64,000 nucleotides of DNA from the IMG/VR virus record IMGVR_UViG_3300009163_000019; one strand, 5' to 3'. The position numbers and the translations under genes are program-made. This document shows positions 49,214-59,174 of the stretch, piece by piece (positions within the stretch are counted from its first letter, which is position 1; each line of letters begins with the position of its first letter). Under the pieces are notes generated by a model. That model made no database searches. It was not told where the DNA came from and worked only from the letters and a program-made list of their open reading frames with translations. The DNA comes from a virus.

Positions 49214-50305
49214 ATGACAACACTAGAATTATATAAGAAACATAAATCCGGAACAGTAAGCCGTGATAAATTTCTATACGAAGTTCGTAGAGATAATAAT
49301 TTACCTTGGGTAACTAACATTACATCTTATGATGATGCAGTAAAAATCCTTAAAAACAAAGGCATTATTCGTGAAATGGATGCTAATGTTGCAGTAGATC
49401 CAGCTGTTGATCTTGTAAATCCTTATTTCCTTAAAAAAGGAGTTCAATCTATTCTTGCAAAAGAGAAAGAATTAACTAATGATTCTTATGTAAATGCTCT
49501 TAATAAAGCAGCTAAAAATTTAATAAAAGATCCAAACTTCTACGAAGTAGACATGCTAGCTAATGCGGATGAGATTGAAAAAGCTGATGCTAAACTTCAA
49601 ATGGAGCCTGTTAAAAAAGACAACTTTAATAATGAAGATCGTGAGATGAAGAAGATTAAAGGTAAAAATGATGCTAAAGCTAATACTAAAGTTAGTACTA
49701 AAGAAAATAAAAAAGGAAAACCAAAAGGTGTAGAGATCATGAAAGAAGCAGTTCTTGATGAACTTCTTTCTTCCCTTAAAAAAAAAGATTTAGTTAATGA
49801 AGATATACATCCTACTTATAATGTAGGTGCCGAAGTATATACTCATAATGGTAAGGGTAAAATAAAAGAAATTATTGGTAGTACTTTTACTATTGAAATG
49901 GAAGATGGCTCTTTAGAAGATGTTCAAATAAATACTGTAGATCATCATACAGAAAAAGCTAAAGAGGCAGAAAATGAAACCCAACTTAATAAGCATGAAT
50001 TAGATGCTGCTTGGGCACAAAGAGATAAAGAAAATCCCAAAGTATTTGGTGGAATGCTTGGTGATCCTGAATATTGGCAAACACCTTTAGATCCTGAGAC
50101 TATCAAAAAATATATTGACAAGTATAAGGATGATAAAGAAAAAATAAAACGTCTTTATACTAAGCTAAAAGAATTAACTATTATAAAAAAGAAAGGCGGT
50201 TCTGCAATACCTGGCGCTGTTTTTGGAAGTCCAGGAACAGCAACGCAATATATAAATTCTTTAGAGCCATCTGCAAAAAGTCAAGTAATACAACAAAATT
50301 TATAA
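49214..50305 (+). CDS. Probable head-internal/prohead core protein
   Basis: Late motif at 49201; IRE/MKE/VNE/LKE sites; upstream of the protease. Confidence 0.6.
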   Translation: MTTLELYKKHKSGTVSRDKFLYEVRRDNNLPWVTNITSYDDAVKILKNKGIIREMDANVAVDPAVDLVNPYFLKKGVQSILAKEKELTNDSYVNALNKAAKNLIKDPNFYEVDMLANADEIEKADAKLQMEPVKKDNFNNEDREMKKIKGKNDAKANTKVSTKENKKGKPKGVEIMKEAVLDELLSSLKKKDLVNEDIHPTYNVGAEVYTHNGKGKIKEIIGSTFTIEMEDGSLEDVQINTVDHHTEKAKEAENETQLNKHELDAAWAQRDKENPKVFGGMLGDPEYWQTPLDPETIKKYIDKYKDDKEKIKRLYTKLKELTIIKKKGGSAIPGAVFGSPGTATQYINSLEPSAKSQVIQQNL

Positions 50306-50937
50306 TGAACAAACAACTTCTAATAGAATATAATGCATTTAGCCCGCTTCCTCATTCATTAACTGAAGGTAGAAGATTAGCTAATGGTAATATGGTAGTA
50401 TCTGGTTTAGTTCAGGCTTGTGACAAGCCTAATGCAAATCATAGAATATATCCATATGGAATTCTATTTCAACAAGTTGAAAAATATATTGCAGGTCCTA
50501 TTGCTGAAAATAGAGCTTTAGGAGAATTAGATCATCCAGAATCTAGTGTTATTAATCTTAAAAATGTTAGTCATAATATAATTAAGATGTGGTGGGATGG
50601 AAAAGATCTTTATGGAGATATTGAAATACTTCCAACTCCTTCTGGTAATATATTAAAGGAATTATTTAGAAATAATATTACTGTGGGAATTTCATCTAGA
50701 GCTATGGGTTCTGTTTCTCCTATTGGTGAAGGTCTAGTACAAGTTGAAGACGATCTTGATCTTATTTGTTGGGATTTTGTTTCAACACCATCAACATATG
50801 GTGCATACATGAAACCTGTTTCTGGATTAAGAGAATCTGTTGATAGAAATATTCAACAAAATACAAATACCTCTAAGATTAACAGAATGATTTCTGATAT
50901 TATTTGTTCTCAGTCAGGCATCTGTTGCCTTCACTAG
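50305..50937 (+). CDS. Prohead protease (T4 gp21-like)
   Basis: N.N.RIYP, ALGELDHP, VSH.I, ILPTPSG, VGISSRAMGS, WDFVSTPS. Confidence 0.95.
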   Translation: MNKQLLIEYNAFSPLPHSLTEGRRLANGNMVVSGLVQACDKPNANHRIYPYGILFQQVEKYIAGPIAENRALGELDHPESSVINLKNVSHNIIKMWWDGKDLYGDIEILPTPSGNILKELFRNNITVGISSRAMGSVSPIGEGLVQVEDDLDLICWDFVSTPSTYGAYMKPVSGLRESVDRNIQQNTNTSKINRMISDIICSQSGICCLH

Positions 50938-51079
50938 TAAAAATATTTTTGTAAATATTTATTTTTGCAGTAAATCTACATATTTATTGCATATGTACTA
51001 ATTCTAATATAGTACTACTAGATTACAATCCTATATTGCTTCCTAATCTAATAAGCAATTACAATCAACATTTTTACAA

Positions 51080-52129
51080 ATGAGTAACCTTTACCAGGAT
51101 GCAATCCTCGATGCTAAAGCTTTACGCGCTAGTGCAATGGCCAACGCAAAAGCCGCTTTAGAAGAAGCATTTGAGCCTAAGATCCAAGAAATGATGCGTC
51201 TTAAACTCTCTGAAGAGTTTGATTCGTTAGAAGAAGATGACAATGGCATAGCTGCCGATGATGTCTCAACTGATGCTATAAATGACATGGAAGAAGAATC
51301 TGTATCTCCAGTAGGTATGGAAGAAAACATGGACATTAATGAAGCTGAACTTGAAGAAATTCTTGCTCAACTAGAAGAATTATCAAAAGAAGAAGATCAA
51401 TCACCACTTCAAGAAGCTGAAGAAGCTGATGAGGCTGAAGAAGCTGAAGAAGATGATGAAGATTCTAAAGAAATTGGAGATGAAACAAAAATCATCGATA
51501 TTACTTTAGGAGATCTTAAACAAGTACTTCAATCTGTAATGGCAGGAGCTGAAACAATGGATCTAGGAATGGATCAAGATGTTTCTGATGCAGAAGCCAA
51601 TGACGCAGAAGCTGAATCTGAAATCTCTCTTGATGAAATTCTAGCTGAACTTGAAATGGAAGAAGGTAATGAAAAAGCGGGACAGTATGAAGCTGAACTA
51701 ACTTCAGAAACTGATAACCAATCTTCTAAAAAAGACATGTTTGAAAAGAAGCACAAAAAAGAAGAAGATGACGGTGAACTTGAAGAAGCTAAAGCTACTA
51801 TTGAAACACTTCGTCAAAATCTTCAAGAAGTTAATCTTCTTAATGCTAAGTATCTTTACATGAATAAGTTGTTTAAATCTAAGTCTTTAACTGAATCTCA
51901 AAAAGTAAAAGTTATCAACGCTCTTGATCGTGCTAGTAATGTAGCAGAAGTTAAGAACACTTATGAAACTTTGAAAGAGTCTTTTAGTGAAACTAAGAAA
52001 ACTCAACTTAAAGAATCAATTGGTTTTGCTTCACAAGCCGCAGGTATGGCTCCAAAAGGTAATATAGTGGATGCAGATCCATTTATTAACAGATGGCAGA
52101 CACTTGCTGGTATTTCAAAAAGAAAATAA
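51080..52129 (+). CDS. Prohead scaffold protein (T4 gp22-like)
   Basis: Very acidic coiled coil between protease and capsid genes; many LxE sites; C-terminal RWQTLAGI. Confidence 0.85.
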   Translation: MSNLYQDAILDAKALRASAMANAKAALEEAFEPKIQEMMRLKLSEEFDSLEEDDNGIAADDVSTDAINDMEEESVSPVGMEENMDINEAELEEILAQLEELSKEEDQSPLQEAEEADEAEEAEEDDEDSKEIGDETKIIDITLGDLKQVLQSVMAGAETMDLGMDQDVSDAEANDAEAESEISLDEILAELEMEEGNEKAGQYEAELTSETDNQSSKKDMFEKKHKKEEDDGELEEAKATIETLRQNLQEVNLLNAKYLYMNKLFKSKSLTESQKVKVINALDRASNVAEVKNTYETLKESFSETKKTQLKESIGFASQAAGMAPKGNIVDADPFINRWQTLAGISKRK

Positions 52130-52142
52130 AATAAATAAAACA

Positions 52143-53798
52143 ATGGCAAACTTAGTACAATCTTTACTAACCGAATCTGCCCAAACAGCATTCTCTGATC
52201 AACATGGTGTTGCTCAGAAATTATGCAAGAAATGGGTAAAATCAGGTCTTTTAGAAGGCCTTCAAGATTACGACAAAAATAACATGTCGTTAATGCTTGA
52301 GAATCAAGCTAAACAATTAGTAATCGAATCTTCTCAAACAGGTGGAACTGGCACACAAGCAACTTTCACAGCTGGTAACGGCGAACAATGGGCTGGTGTA
52401 GCTTTACCTTTAGTTCGTAAGATCTTTGGTCAAATCGCATCTAAAGAGTTCGTTTCAGTTCAACCAATGAACTTACCTGCAGGTTTGGTGTTCTATCTTG
52501 ATTTCCAATACGGAAATACAAAATCACCTTTTACTGCTGATACTTCTATTTATGGTACTGCAACTGCAAACTTTGGTAACGCGGCTGCTGGCGGTCTTTA
52601 TGGAGCTGGTCGTTTTGGTTATTCTTTAAACCAATTCTCTGCTTCTATTGTAGGCCCAACCTCAGCTTCTGCAACTCAGTTTGAAGTAGATTACGATGCT
52701 GCTTATACAGCTTCTACTCCAAATGGTATTGTTAAATTAACTGTACCAACTTCATCATTAAGTGGATCTTTAAATTTTGATGGTGTTCGTGCTTTCACTA
52801 TTGCTACTGGTTCTGGTACTTTTGCTGTTACTGATGTTCTTCAGCAATTTACAGCCGTATCTTCAAGTGCTGCTGGTGTATTTATCAACTTCTTTATTAA
52901 CAAAGGATTTTCTGGTAGTACAACTGCGCCTTATATCGTTAGCTATAATAAAGCTACTGATTTTAACTCACGTGGTGATTTCGAAGATCGTTCAGGACTT
53001 CCTGCAGTTCCTAATAATCAGTCTGCGACTTCAATTGTTATCCCTGATATCAATGTACAAATGAAGAGCCAAACCATTTCTGCTAAAACTCGTAAGTTAA
53101 AAGCACAATGGACTCCAGAATTTGCACAAGACCTTAACGCTTATCATTCACTTGATGCTGAAGCTGAATTGACTGGTCTTCTTTCTGAACATATCTCTCT
53201 TGAGATTGATCTTGAAATATTAGACATGTTAATTCAAAATGCTCCAACTATTGAGTACTGGTCTGCAAAGGTTGGTAATCAAATTAACCAAAATGCGTCT
53301 ACTGGATTTACTGCAAACACTGCTGGTGTTTATTATACTCAAATGAGTTGGTTCCAAACTCTTGGAATTAAACTTCAAAAAGTATCTAACATCATTCACC
53401 AACGTACATTACGTGGTGGTGCTAACTTCCTAGTTGTTTCTCCAACTATCGCTACTATCCTTGAATCAATCCCTGGATTTGCAGCTGATACCGATGGTGC
53501 AGCAGATACTATGAAATATGCATTTGGTGTTCAGAAAATTGGCCAATTAAATAGTCGTTATAAAGTATACAAAAACCCTTACATGGTTGAGAACGCTATC
53601 CTTTTAGGATTCCGTGGTAATCAATTCCTTGAGTGTGGTGCTGTTTACTCTCCATACGTTCCATTGATTATGACTCCACTTGTGTACGATCCAAATACCT
53701 TCACTCCAAGAAAAGGTATTATGACTCGTTACGCAATGACTATGGTACGTCCTGAATACTATGGTTTAGTATTGGTAGCTGATACCAACGTTATCTAA
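52143..53798 (+). CDS. Major capsid protein (T4 gp23-like); start likely ATG 52143
   Basis: LPLVRKIF, VSVQPMNLPAGLVFYL, RKLKAQWTPEFAQDL, EIDLEIL, YSPYVPL, FTPRKGIMTRY. Confidence 0.97.
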   Translation: MANLVQSLLTESAQTAFSDQHGVAQKLCKKWVKSGLLEGLQDYDKNNMSLMLENQAKQLVIESSQTGGTGTQATFTAGNGEQWAGVALPLVRKIFGQIASKEFVSVQPMNLPAGLVFYLDFQYGNTKSPFTADTSIYGTATANFGNAAAGGLYGAGRFGYSLNQFSASIVGPTSASATQFEVDYDAAYTASTPNGIVKLTVPTSSLSGSLNFDGVRAFTIATGSGTFAVTDVLQQFTAVSSSAAGVFINFFINKGFSGSTTAPYIVSYNKATDFNSRGDFEDRSGLPAVPNNQSATSIVIPDINVQMKSQTISAKTRKLKAQWTPEFAQDLNAYHSLDAEAELTGLLSEHISLEIDLEILDMLIQNAPTIEYWSAKVGNQINQNASTGFTANTAGVYYTQMSWFQTLGIKLQKVSNIIHQRTLRGGANFLVVSPTIATILESIPGFAADTDGAADTMKYAFGVQKIGQLNSRYKVYKNPYMVENAILLGFRGNQFLECGAVYSPYVPLIMTPLVYDPNTFTPRKGIMTRYAMTMVRPEYYGLVLVADTNVI

Positions 53799-53823
53799 TA
53801 ATAACAATTAGATATATAATAAA

Positions 53824-53851
53824 GCCCAACCCTGTAAGGTTGGGTTTTTTA
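53824..53851 (+). terminator. Rho-independent terminator after the major capsid gene
   Basis: GCCCAACC-CTGTAA-GGTTGGGT followed by a T run. Confidence 0.9.
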
Positions 53852-53888
53852 TTTACTATAACTCAATATTTATTTGAAAAGGTATCTG

Positions 53889-54560
53889 ATGGACAATCCA
53901 AAAAAAACTGCAAAGAGGTCTTTAAAAAATCCAATTAAGTTCGGAGTAAATTTAAATGAAGAACAAAAACAAGCAAAAGCGGTTATATTAAGTAATAAAA
54001 TAACTGTTTTAAGAGGTCAAGCAGGTTCTGGTAAATCTTTAGTTGCGGCTCAAGTTGCTTTAGATCTTTTATTTCATCGTGAAGTTGAAAAAATAATCCT
54101 AACAAGGCCCGCAGTAACATCAGGTGAAGAGATAGGATATCTTCCAGGAGATAAAGATGCTAAATTAGCTCCTTATACAGCAGCTATATATGATAATATG
54201 TATAGGCTTTATAATAAAGAGAAAATAGATAAAGCAATACTAGAGGGAGAAATAGAAGTTATACCTTTAGCATTTATGAGAGGTAGAAATTTATCAAATT
54301 GTTGTATTGTAGTAGATGAAGGGCAAAATATTACACATAGACAAATGGAATTAATGTTAGGTCGTATTTGTAATGGTAGTAGAATGATTATATGCGGTGA
54401 TGGCGCACAGATTGATTTAAAAGATAAAAAAATGAGTGGTTTTAATTTCATATGTACTAATTTTAAAGAGGTACCAGGTTTTAGTATAGTCACTTTGAAA
54501 ACAAATCATCGTGATCCAATAGTAGAAAAAATTCTTGAAATATATAAAGCACACGATTAA
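53889..54560 (+). CDS. phoH: PhoH-family ATPase (start likely ATG 53889)
   Basis: GQAGSGKS, TRPAV, GYLPGD...K, PLAFMRGR, DEGQN, GDGAQID, HRDPIV. Confidence 0.93.
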   Translation: MDNPKKTAKRSLKNPIKFGVNLNEEQKQAKAVILSNKITVLRGQAGSGKSLVAAQVALDLLFHREVEKIILTRPAVTSGEEIGYLPGDKDAKLAPYTAAIYDNMYRLYNKEKIDKAILEGEIEVIPLAFMRGRNLSNCCIVVDEGQNITHRQMELMLGRICNGSRMIICGDGAQIDLKDKKMSGFNFICTNFKEVPGFSIVTLKTNHRDPIVEKILEIYKAHD

Positions 54561-55756
54561 TGGCAACAACACAGATATATGATGGTACTCCTATAGCAAT
54601 TTCTGGATCAACTCCGTTTGGTTTCTATGATAATGATAGTCAATACCAATCAGACGGACCTAAAGTAGCAAACTATGTTGCAAGAAAATTAGGATACCCT
54701 GTAATGGAAGTTGAACTTCAAGATATAAACATATATGCGTGTTTTGAAGAAGCTGTATCTGTCTATTCAGAAGAATTATATCTATCTAAAATTAAAGATA
54801 ACTATTTAAGTTTAGAAGGAGGATCAACTGGATCTGTATTAAATAATACAGTAGTTGTTCCAAATCTTAATGCAATAGTAACTATAGCTGAAAACTATGG
54901 AGCACAAATTGGCATTGGTGGTTATTCTGAGGTATATAAAGCTCCTTTATATTTAACTGCTGGTAAACAAATATATGATTTACAAGCCTGGGCTCTTAGC
55001 GGAAGTCTAATAGAGCCAGGTGATAGTGTTGTAATAAACAAAATATATTATGAAGCTCAACCAGCTATTAATCAATACTATGATCCATATATTGGAGGAT
55101 CAATAAACTATCAAGGTGCAACAGAAAATTTTGGTTGGGCTTCTTATTCTCCTGGATTAAATTTTGTATTATTCCCTGTATATTGGGATATTCAAAGAAT
55201 TCAAGAAATTGAAATGTCTAACACTGTTAGAAGATCTGCATATTCTTTTGGAATAGCAAATAATAAATTAACTATATTTCCTTTTCCTGAAATAGACGGT
55301 ATTGTAGTTTGGGTTGACTATTGGAAAAAAAGTGAATTAGCTAGTATAAGTGGTAATAGTCCTTATGGAAGTGGAACGAGTAGTACTAGCGGTCCATCTT
55401 ATGGAGGTGGATTAATAACAAATCCATCAAATGTGCCATATACAAATGTTACATATAATCAAATAAACCAACCAGGAAGACAGTGGATCTATGAATTTAC
55501 ATTAGCTCTTGCATCTGAACTTTTAGGTTTAGTAAGAGGTAAGTATACTCAAATACCTGCTCCTGGTTCAGAAGTTACTCTTAATGGCGCTGATTTAATT
55601 TCTAAAGGAAAAGATACTCAAGCCGCATTAAGAGAAAGATTAAGAGGCGATTTAGTAGATCTAAGCAGACAAGCTCAATTAGAAAGAAAACAATCAGAGA
55701 ATCAATCTATTTCAAGTACTTTAAATGAAGTACCCATGTTTATTTATATCGGATAA
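54560..55756 (+). CDS. Neck/head-tail adaptor (T4 gp13-like)
   Basis: RKLGYPVMEVEL...CFEEA; YTLALA-like FTLALASELLG.VRGKY..IP....TLNG..L; C-terminal PMFIYIG. Confidence 0.8.
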   Translation: MATTQIYDGTPIAISGSTPFGFYDNDSQYQSDGPKVANYVARKLGYPVMEVELQDINIYACFEEAVSVYSEELYLSKIKDNYLSLEGGSTGSVLNNTVVVPNLNAIVTIAENYGAQIGIGGYSEVYKAPLYLTAGKQIYDLQAWALSGSLIEPGDSVVINKIYYEAQPAINQYYDPYIGGSINYQGATENFGWASYSPGLNFVLFPVYWDIQRIQEIEMSNTVRRSAYSFGIANNKLTIFPFPEIDGIVVWVDYWKKSELASISGNSPYGSGTSSTSGPSYGGGLITNPSNVPYTNVTYNQINQPGRQWIYEFTLALASELLGLVRGKYTQIPAPGSEVTLNGADLISKGKDTQAALRERLRGDLVDLSRQAQLERKQSENQSISSTLNEVPMFIYIG

Positions 55757-55765
55757 ATTTATACT

Positions 55766-56257
55766 ATGGCTTTATTTGGAACTATAAATGACATTAATAC
55801 CTTTAAAATATTTTCTAGAGAATTAATAGAAGACATTATTTCCCAAGAAATAGGTTATTATAAATATAAATTAGGCGATACTCAATCCAATATATATGGA
55901 GAGAGTATGTCTAAATATTTTATAGGTCCTGTATTAATACCGTGTTTAATAGTAAGAGGAGATTTTAATCAAGAAAGAACAGAATATGGCCCGGATACTA
56001 TAAGATCTAATACCTTTAGATTTCTTACAGATCATTTAAAAGACGCTAACGTATTTCCTGAAGTTGGAGATGTTATTATGTATAATGAAGGTTACTATGA
56101 AGTAGATAATGTTAATGAGAATCAGTATATTTTAGGAAAAGACCCTCAATATTCTTATAGTCCTGATTTAGTTAATTTTGGTGACTCTTACTCTATTATA
56201 TTAGAAACACATTATTCAAGTCCTGATAAACTTGGTATAGTTAAAGAAAGATTATAA
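55766..56257 (+). CDS. Head-closure/neck protein (T4 gp14-like)
   Basis: NIYGE, PEVGDVI.Y....YEV; position after gp13. Confidence 0.7.
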   Translation: MALFGTINDINTFKIFSRELIEDIISQEIGYYKYKLGDTQSNIYGESMSKYFIGPVLIPCLIVRGDFNQERTEYGPDTIRSNTFRFLTDHLKDANVFPEVGDVIMYNEGYYEVDNVNENQYILGKDPQYSYSPDLVNFGDSYSIILETHYSSPDKLGIVKERL

Positions 56258-57513
56258 TGGCAATACAAATAGTTAGACCTACTAATAGGCGAGAATTCAT
56301 GGATAAGTTAGTTGAGCCGTATGATCCAAAATCTGGAAATCCAAATGCGGTTTTTTCTGAGCCAACTAAATTAGGTCAGCCTGAAGAAAATAGAGCCTAC
56401 GAAATAAGCAATAAATCAGAGCCTGAAAAAGAATTCAATATTGGAATAAAAGATATTGATGAAGCTGTTTATTATTATTTTAATAATATATTAAAATTAA
56501 GTGTTGTTCAAAATAATACAAAATTAACCCTCCCAGTTATTTACGGAACTCCTGAAAATTGGAAAAGTGTTCAAGAAGACGGTTATTACAGAGATCAAAA
56601 TGGAAAATTAATGGCGCCTCTTTTAATGTTTAAAAGGGGTAGCGTAACACAAAATAGAGGTCTAGGTAATAAGTTAGATGGAAATATGGCGCATAATATG
56701 CAGCTATTTAAAAAAAAGTACACAAAAAGAAATTTTTATAGTAACTTTAATATATTAAATAATAGAGCACCTGAAAGTAAGTACGTAGTATCAGCAACAC
56801 CTGATTATATTACTGTTGAGTATGAGTGTATTTTATGGACACATTATGTAGAACAAATGGATAAACTTATCGAGGATGTTAATTTCGCTTCCAGATCATA
56901 TTGGGGTGATCCTAACCGCTTCCAATTCTATAGTTCAATAGAATCATTTACTGATAATACAACCTATAATTTAGGTGAGAATCGAGCTTCTAGAACTAAT
57001 TTTACACTTAGTTTAAATGGATACTTAATTCCAGAGTCACTAAATAAAAGTATGGCTTCCATGACAACTGCTTATGGAGCTGCGCAAATAGTTTTTGGTT
57101 TAGAGTTGGCCTCAGGAACTGAGGAATTTTCAGTTAAAACAAATAAAGGAAAATCATCTAATATTAAACCGGTGTTATTATCTGATTCTGTTAATATAGT
57201 TAACAATATTACTCAAGGTGGAGCTTCCGATGCTGTAGTTACATATCTTAATATAAATAAAACAGTTGTTGCAACATTTGTATCAGCAAATACTGTAAGT
57301 TTTTCTTCAGGTTGGTTAACAGCACCATCACCACTTCCAGCAACTAGTTTAACTAATTTTAATTTTTTTGTAAATGGTATGTATGTTGAACCATCAAGTA
57401 TAACTAGTTTTATAAATTATGGTAGCCTTTCAATTTTAACTATTGATCCGGTATTATTACAATATAGTTTTGAATCCACAGATGTAATAATTGGTATAGG
57501 AAAATTTAATTAA
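56257..57513 (+). CDS. Tail terminator/sheath stabiliser (T4 gp15-like) with a C-terminal extension
   Basis: LPVIYGTPENW...PLLMFKR...PDYITVEY...QMDKLIE; position after gp14. Confidence 0.65.
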   Translation: MAIQIVRPTNRREFMDKLVEPYDPKSGNPNAVFSEPTKLGQPEENRAYEISNKSEPEKEFNIGIKDIDEAVYYYFNNILKLSVVQNNTKLTLPVIYGTPENWKSVQEDGYYRDQNGKLMAPLLMFKRGSVTQNRGLGNKLDGNMAHNMQLFKKKYTKRNFYSNFNILNNRAPESKYVVSATPDYITVEYECILWTHYVEQMDKLIEDVNFASRSYWGDPNRFQFYSSIESFTDNTTYNLGENRASRTNFTLSLNGYLIPESLNKSMASMTTAYGAAQIVFGLELASGTEEFSVKTNKGKSSNIKPVLLSDSVNIVNNITQGGASDAVVTYLNINKTVVATFVSANTVSFSSGWLTAPSPLPATSLTNFNFFVNGMYVEPSSITSFINYGSLSILTIDPVLLQYSFESTDVIIGIGKFN

Positions 57514-57516
57514 TAT

Positions 57517-57741
57517 ATGGCAAGGCTAAATCTTAAACAAGTACTTTCTAATTTACAATACAATAATACTAATTCTCAATTAGTACTAAGCGGTAGTAAT
57601 GCTAATAGGCCTGACTTTGTTATATCTGGTTCTACATTTATAACATCGACTGGAAGCAAAACAGGTTCATTAACTATTCAAAATATAGATTCTTTTGGAG
57701 ATTCTGGAAGCTTCTTTACTATGGATTTAGGAGACTACTAA
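57517..57741 (+). CDS. Small virion structural protein
   Basis: MARLNLKQ start, SGS/TGS-rich, ends DLGDY. Confidence 0.6.
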   Translation: MARLNLKQVLSNLQYNNTNSQLVLSGSNANRPDFVISGSTFITSTGSKTGSLTIQNIDSFGDSGSFFTMDLGDY

Positions 57742-57799
57742 TATTTATAATCTGACTACATAGTCAAATATTAGTACATACTAAAACCAACAAAGACAT

Positions 57800-59119
57800 A
57801 TGTCTAACCAGTATCTTAAACTGCGCCGCTCATCGGTGCCAGGAAAAATTCCTGATACAGCTTCTTTAGATTTTGGAGAAATAGCTCTCAATACATATGA
57901 TGGCTTAGCTTTCATGAAGAAGTCTGGTTCGGCTGGTACACAAATTGTCACAATTGGATCAACTTCTGGTTCATTTACAGGCTCATTACAAGGAAGTGCT
58001 TCATATGCACTTACAGCTTCCTATGCTTTAAATGCTAATTTTAATACAGGATCATTTGCAACTACAGGTTCAAATACATTTATAGGAAATCAAACAATAA
58101 CAGGATCTATTATATTTAATAGTGGATCTCGAATAACATCGACTTATTACGGTAATAATTATCCTGGATATATTGATATTGTAGCAGGAGCGCCGGATGG
58201 ATTTGTAGAATTACTATCATACAATCAATCATCCTCTGTTAATGTTGATGATTATAGTGTGTATATAACAACAAACTCAAGCTCACAATTTAATTTATGG
58301 GAATTTAAAAGGGATGGTAGATTACTAGCTCCTAGAGGAATAGAAGCACTTTCATTTACTGGATCATTACTTGGAACCGCATCTTTAGCACTTCAAGTAT
58401 CTACTAGTATATCTACACAAAATCAACAACACAATGTCTTGTTTATTGATACATCAGGACCAGGATACATTCAAGTAGATGGAGGTTTAAGATATAATCC
58501 TAATCAAGATTTATTAACAACTACCGCATCATTTGCTCTAACAGCATCATCAGCAGACAACTTTACAGTAAGAGGTACATTAACAGCACAAACGATTGTA
58601 GCTCAAACCATTACTGCATCAACTGAATTTATTACTGGTTCTAGTAGATTTGGTAGTTTACTTACTAATACGCATCAATTTACAGGATCAGTTAGTATAA
58701 CATCAAGTCTATTAGTAACCGGTCAAGTTAATGCATCAGGAATTACCGGTTCGCTATTTGGAACAGCAAGTTGGGCTCAAAACGCTATAACAGCATCTTA
58801 TGTTGCTGCCGCAAATGTTGCTGGTCTATCCTTATTTCAAATAACAACAGGCAGTATAACAGCTAGTGTAGGAATAGGTCCAAGTAATTTATTTTTAATA
58901 AATTCTGCAAGTACAGAATATTTTAATATTTCTAGTAGTGGTAATACAACTATTAATAGTAATTTATTTATAATAAAAAATTTTACAACCCAAAAACCTG
59001 TATTAACAATAAGTCAAAGTATAGTACAATTCGCAACACAATCTTATGAACCAACAGGATTAATAGAAAATGGAAGTATTTGGTTTACTTCTACAAATTT
59101 ATATATAGGACTAGATTAA
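57800..59119 (+). CDS. Fibre-like structural protein
   Basis: N-terminal LKLRRSSVPGKIP...LDFGEIALNTYDG (fibre attachment-type motif); TASYA/TGS repeats. Confidence 0.7.
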   Translation: MSNQYLKLRRSSVPGKIPDTASLDFGEIALNTYDGLAFMKKSGSAGTQIVTIGSTSGSFTGSLQGSASYALTASYALNANFNTGSFATTGSNTFIGNQTITGSIIFNSGSRITSTYYGNNYPGYIDIVAGAPDGFVELLSYNQSSSVNVDDYSVYITTNSSSQFNLWEFKRDGRLLAPRGIEALSFTGSLLGTASLALQVSTSISTQNQQHNVLFIDTSGPGYIQVDGGLRYNPNQDLLTTTASFALTASSADNFTVRGTLTAQTIVAQTITASTEFITGSSRFGSLLTNTHQFTGSVSITSSLLVTGQVNASGITGSLFGTASWAQNAITASYVAAANVAGLSLFQITTGSITASVGIGPSNLFLINSASTEYFNISSSGNTTINSNLFIIKNFTTQKPVLTISQSIVQFATQSYEPTGLIENGSIWFTSTNLYIGLD

Positions 59120-59174
59120 AATACTTTAAATTTACTAAAATAGTGATATTTATTAATGAATAAAATTAAATATA

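Noticed and set aside
42989-53798. Inteins or introns in TerL, portal or capsid genes
   Set aside because: Lengths and motif order are normal; no intein terminal motifs or frame breaks were seen.
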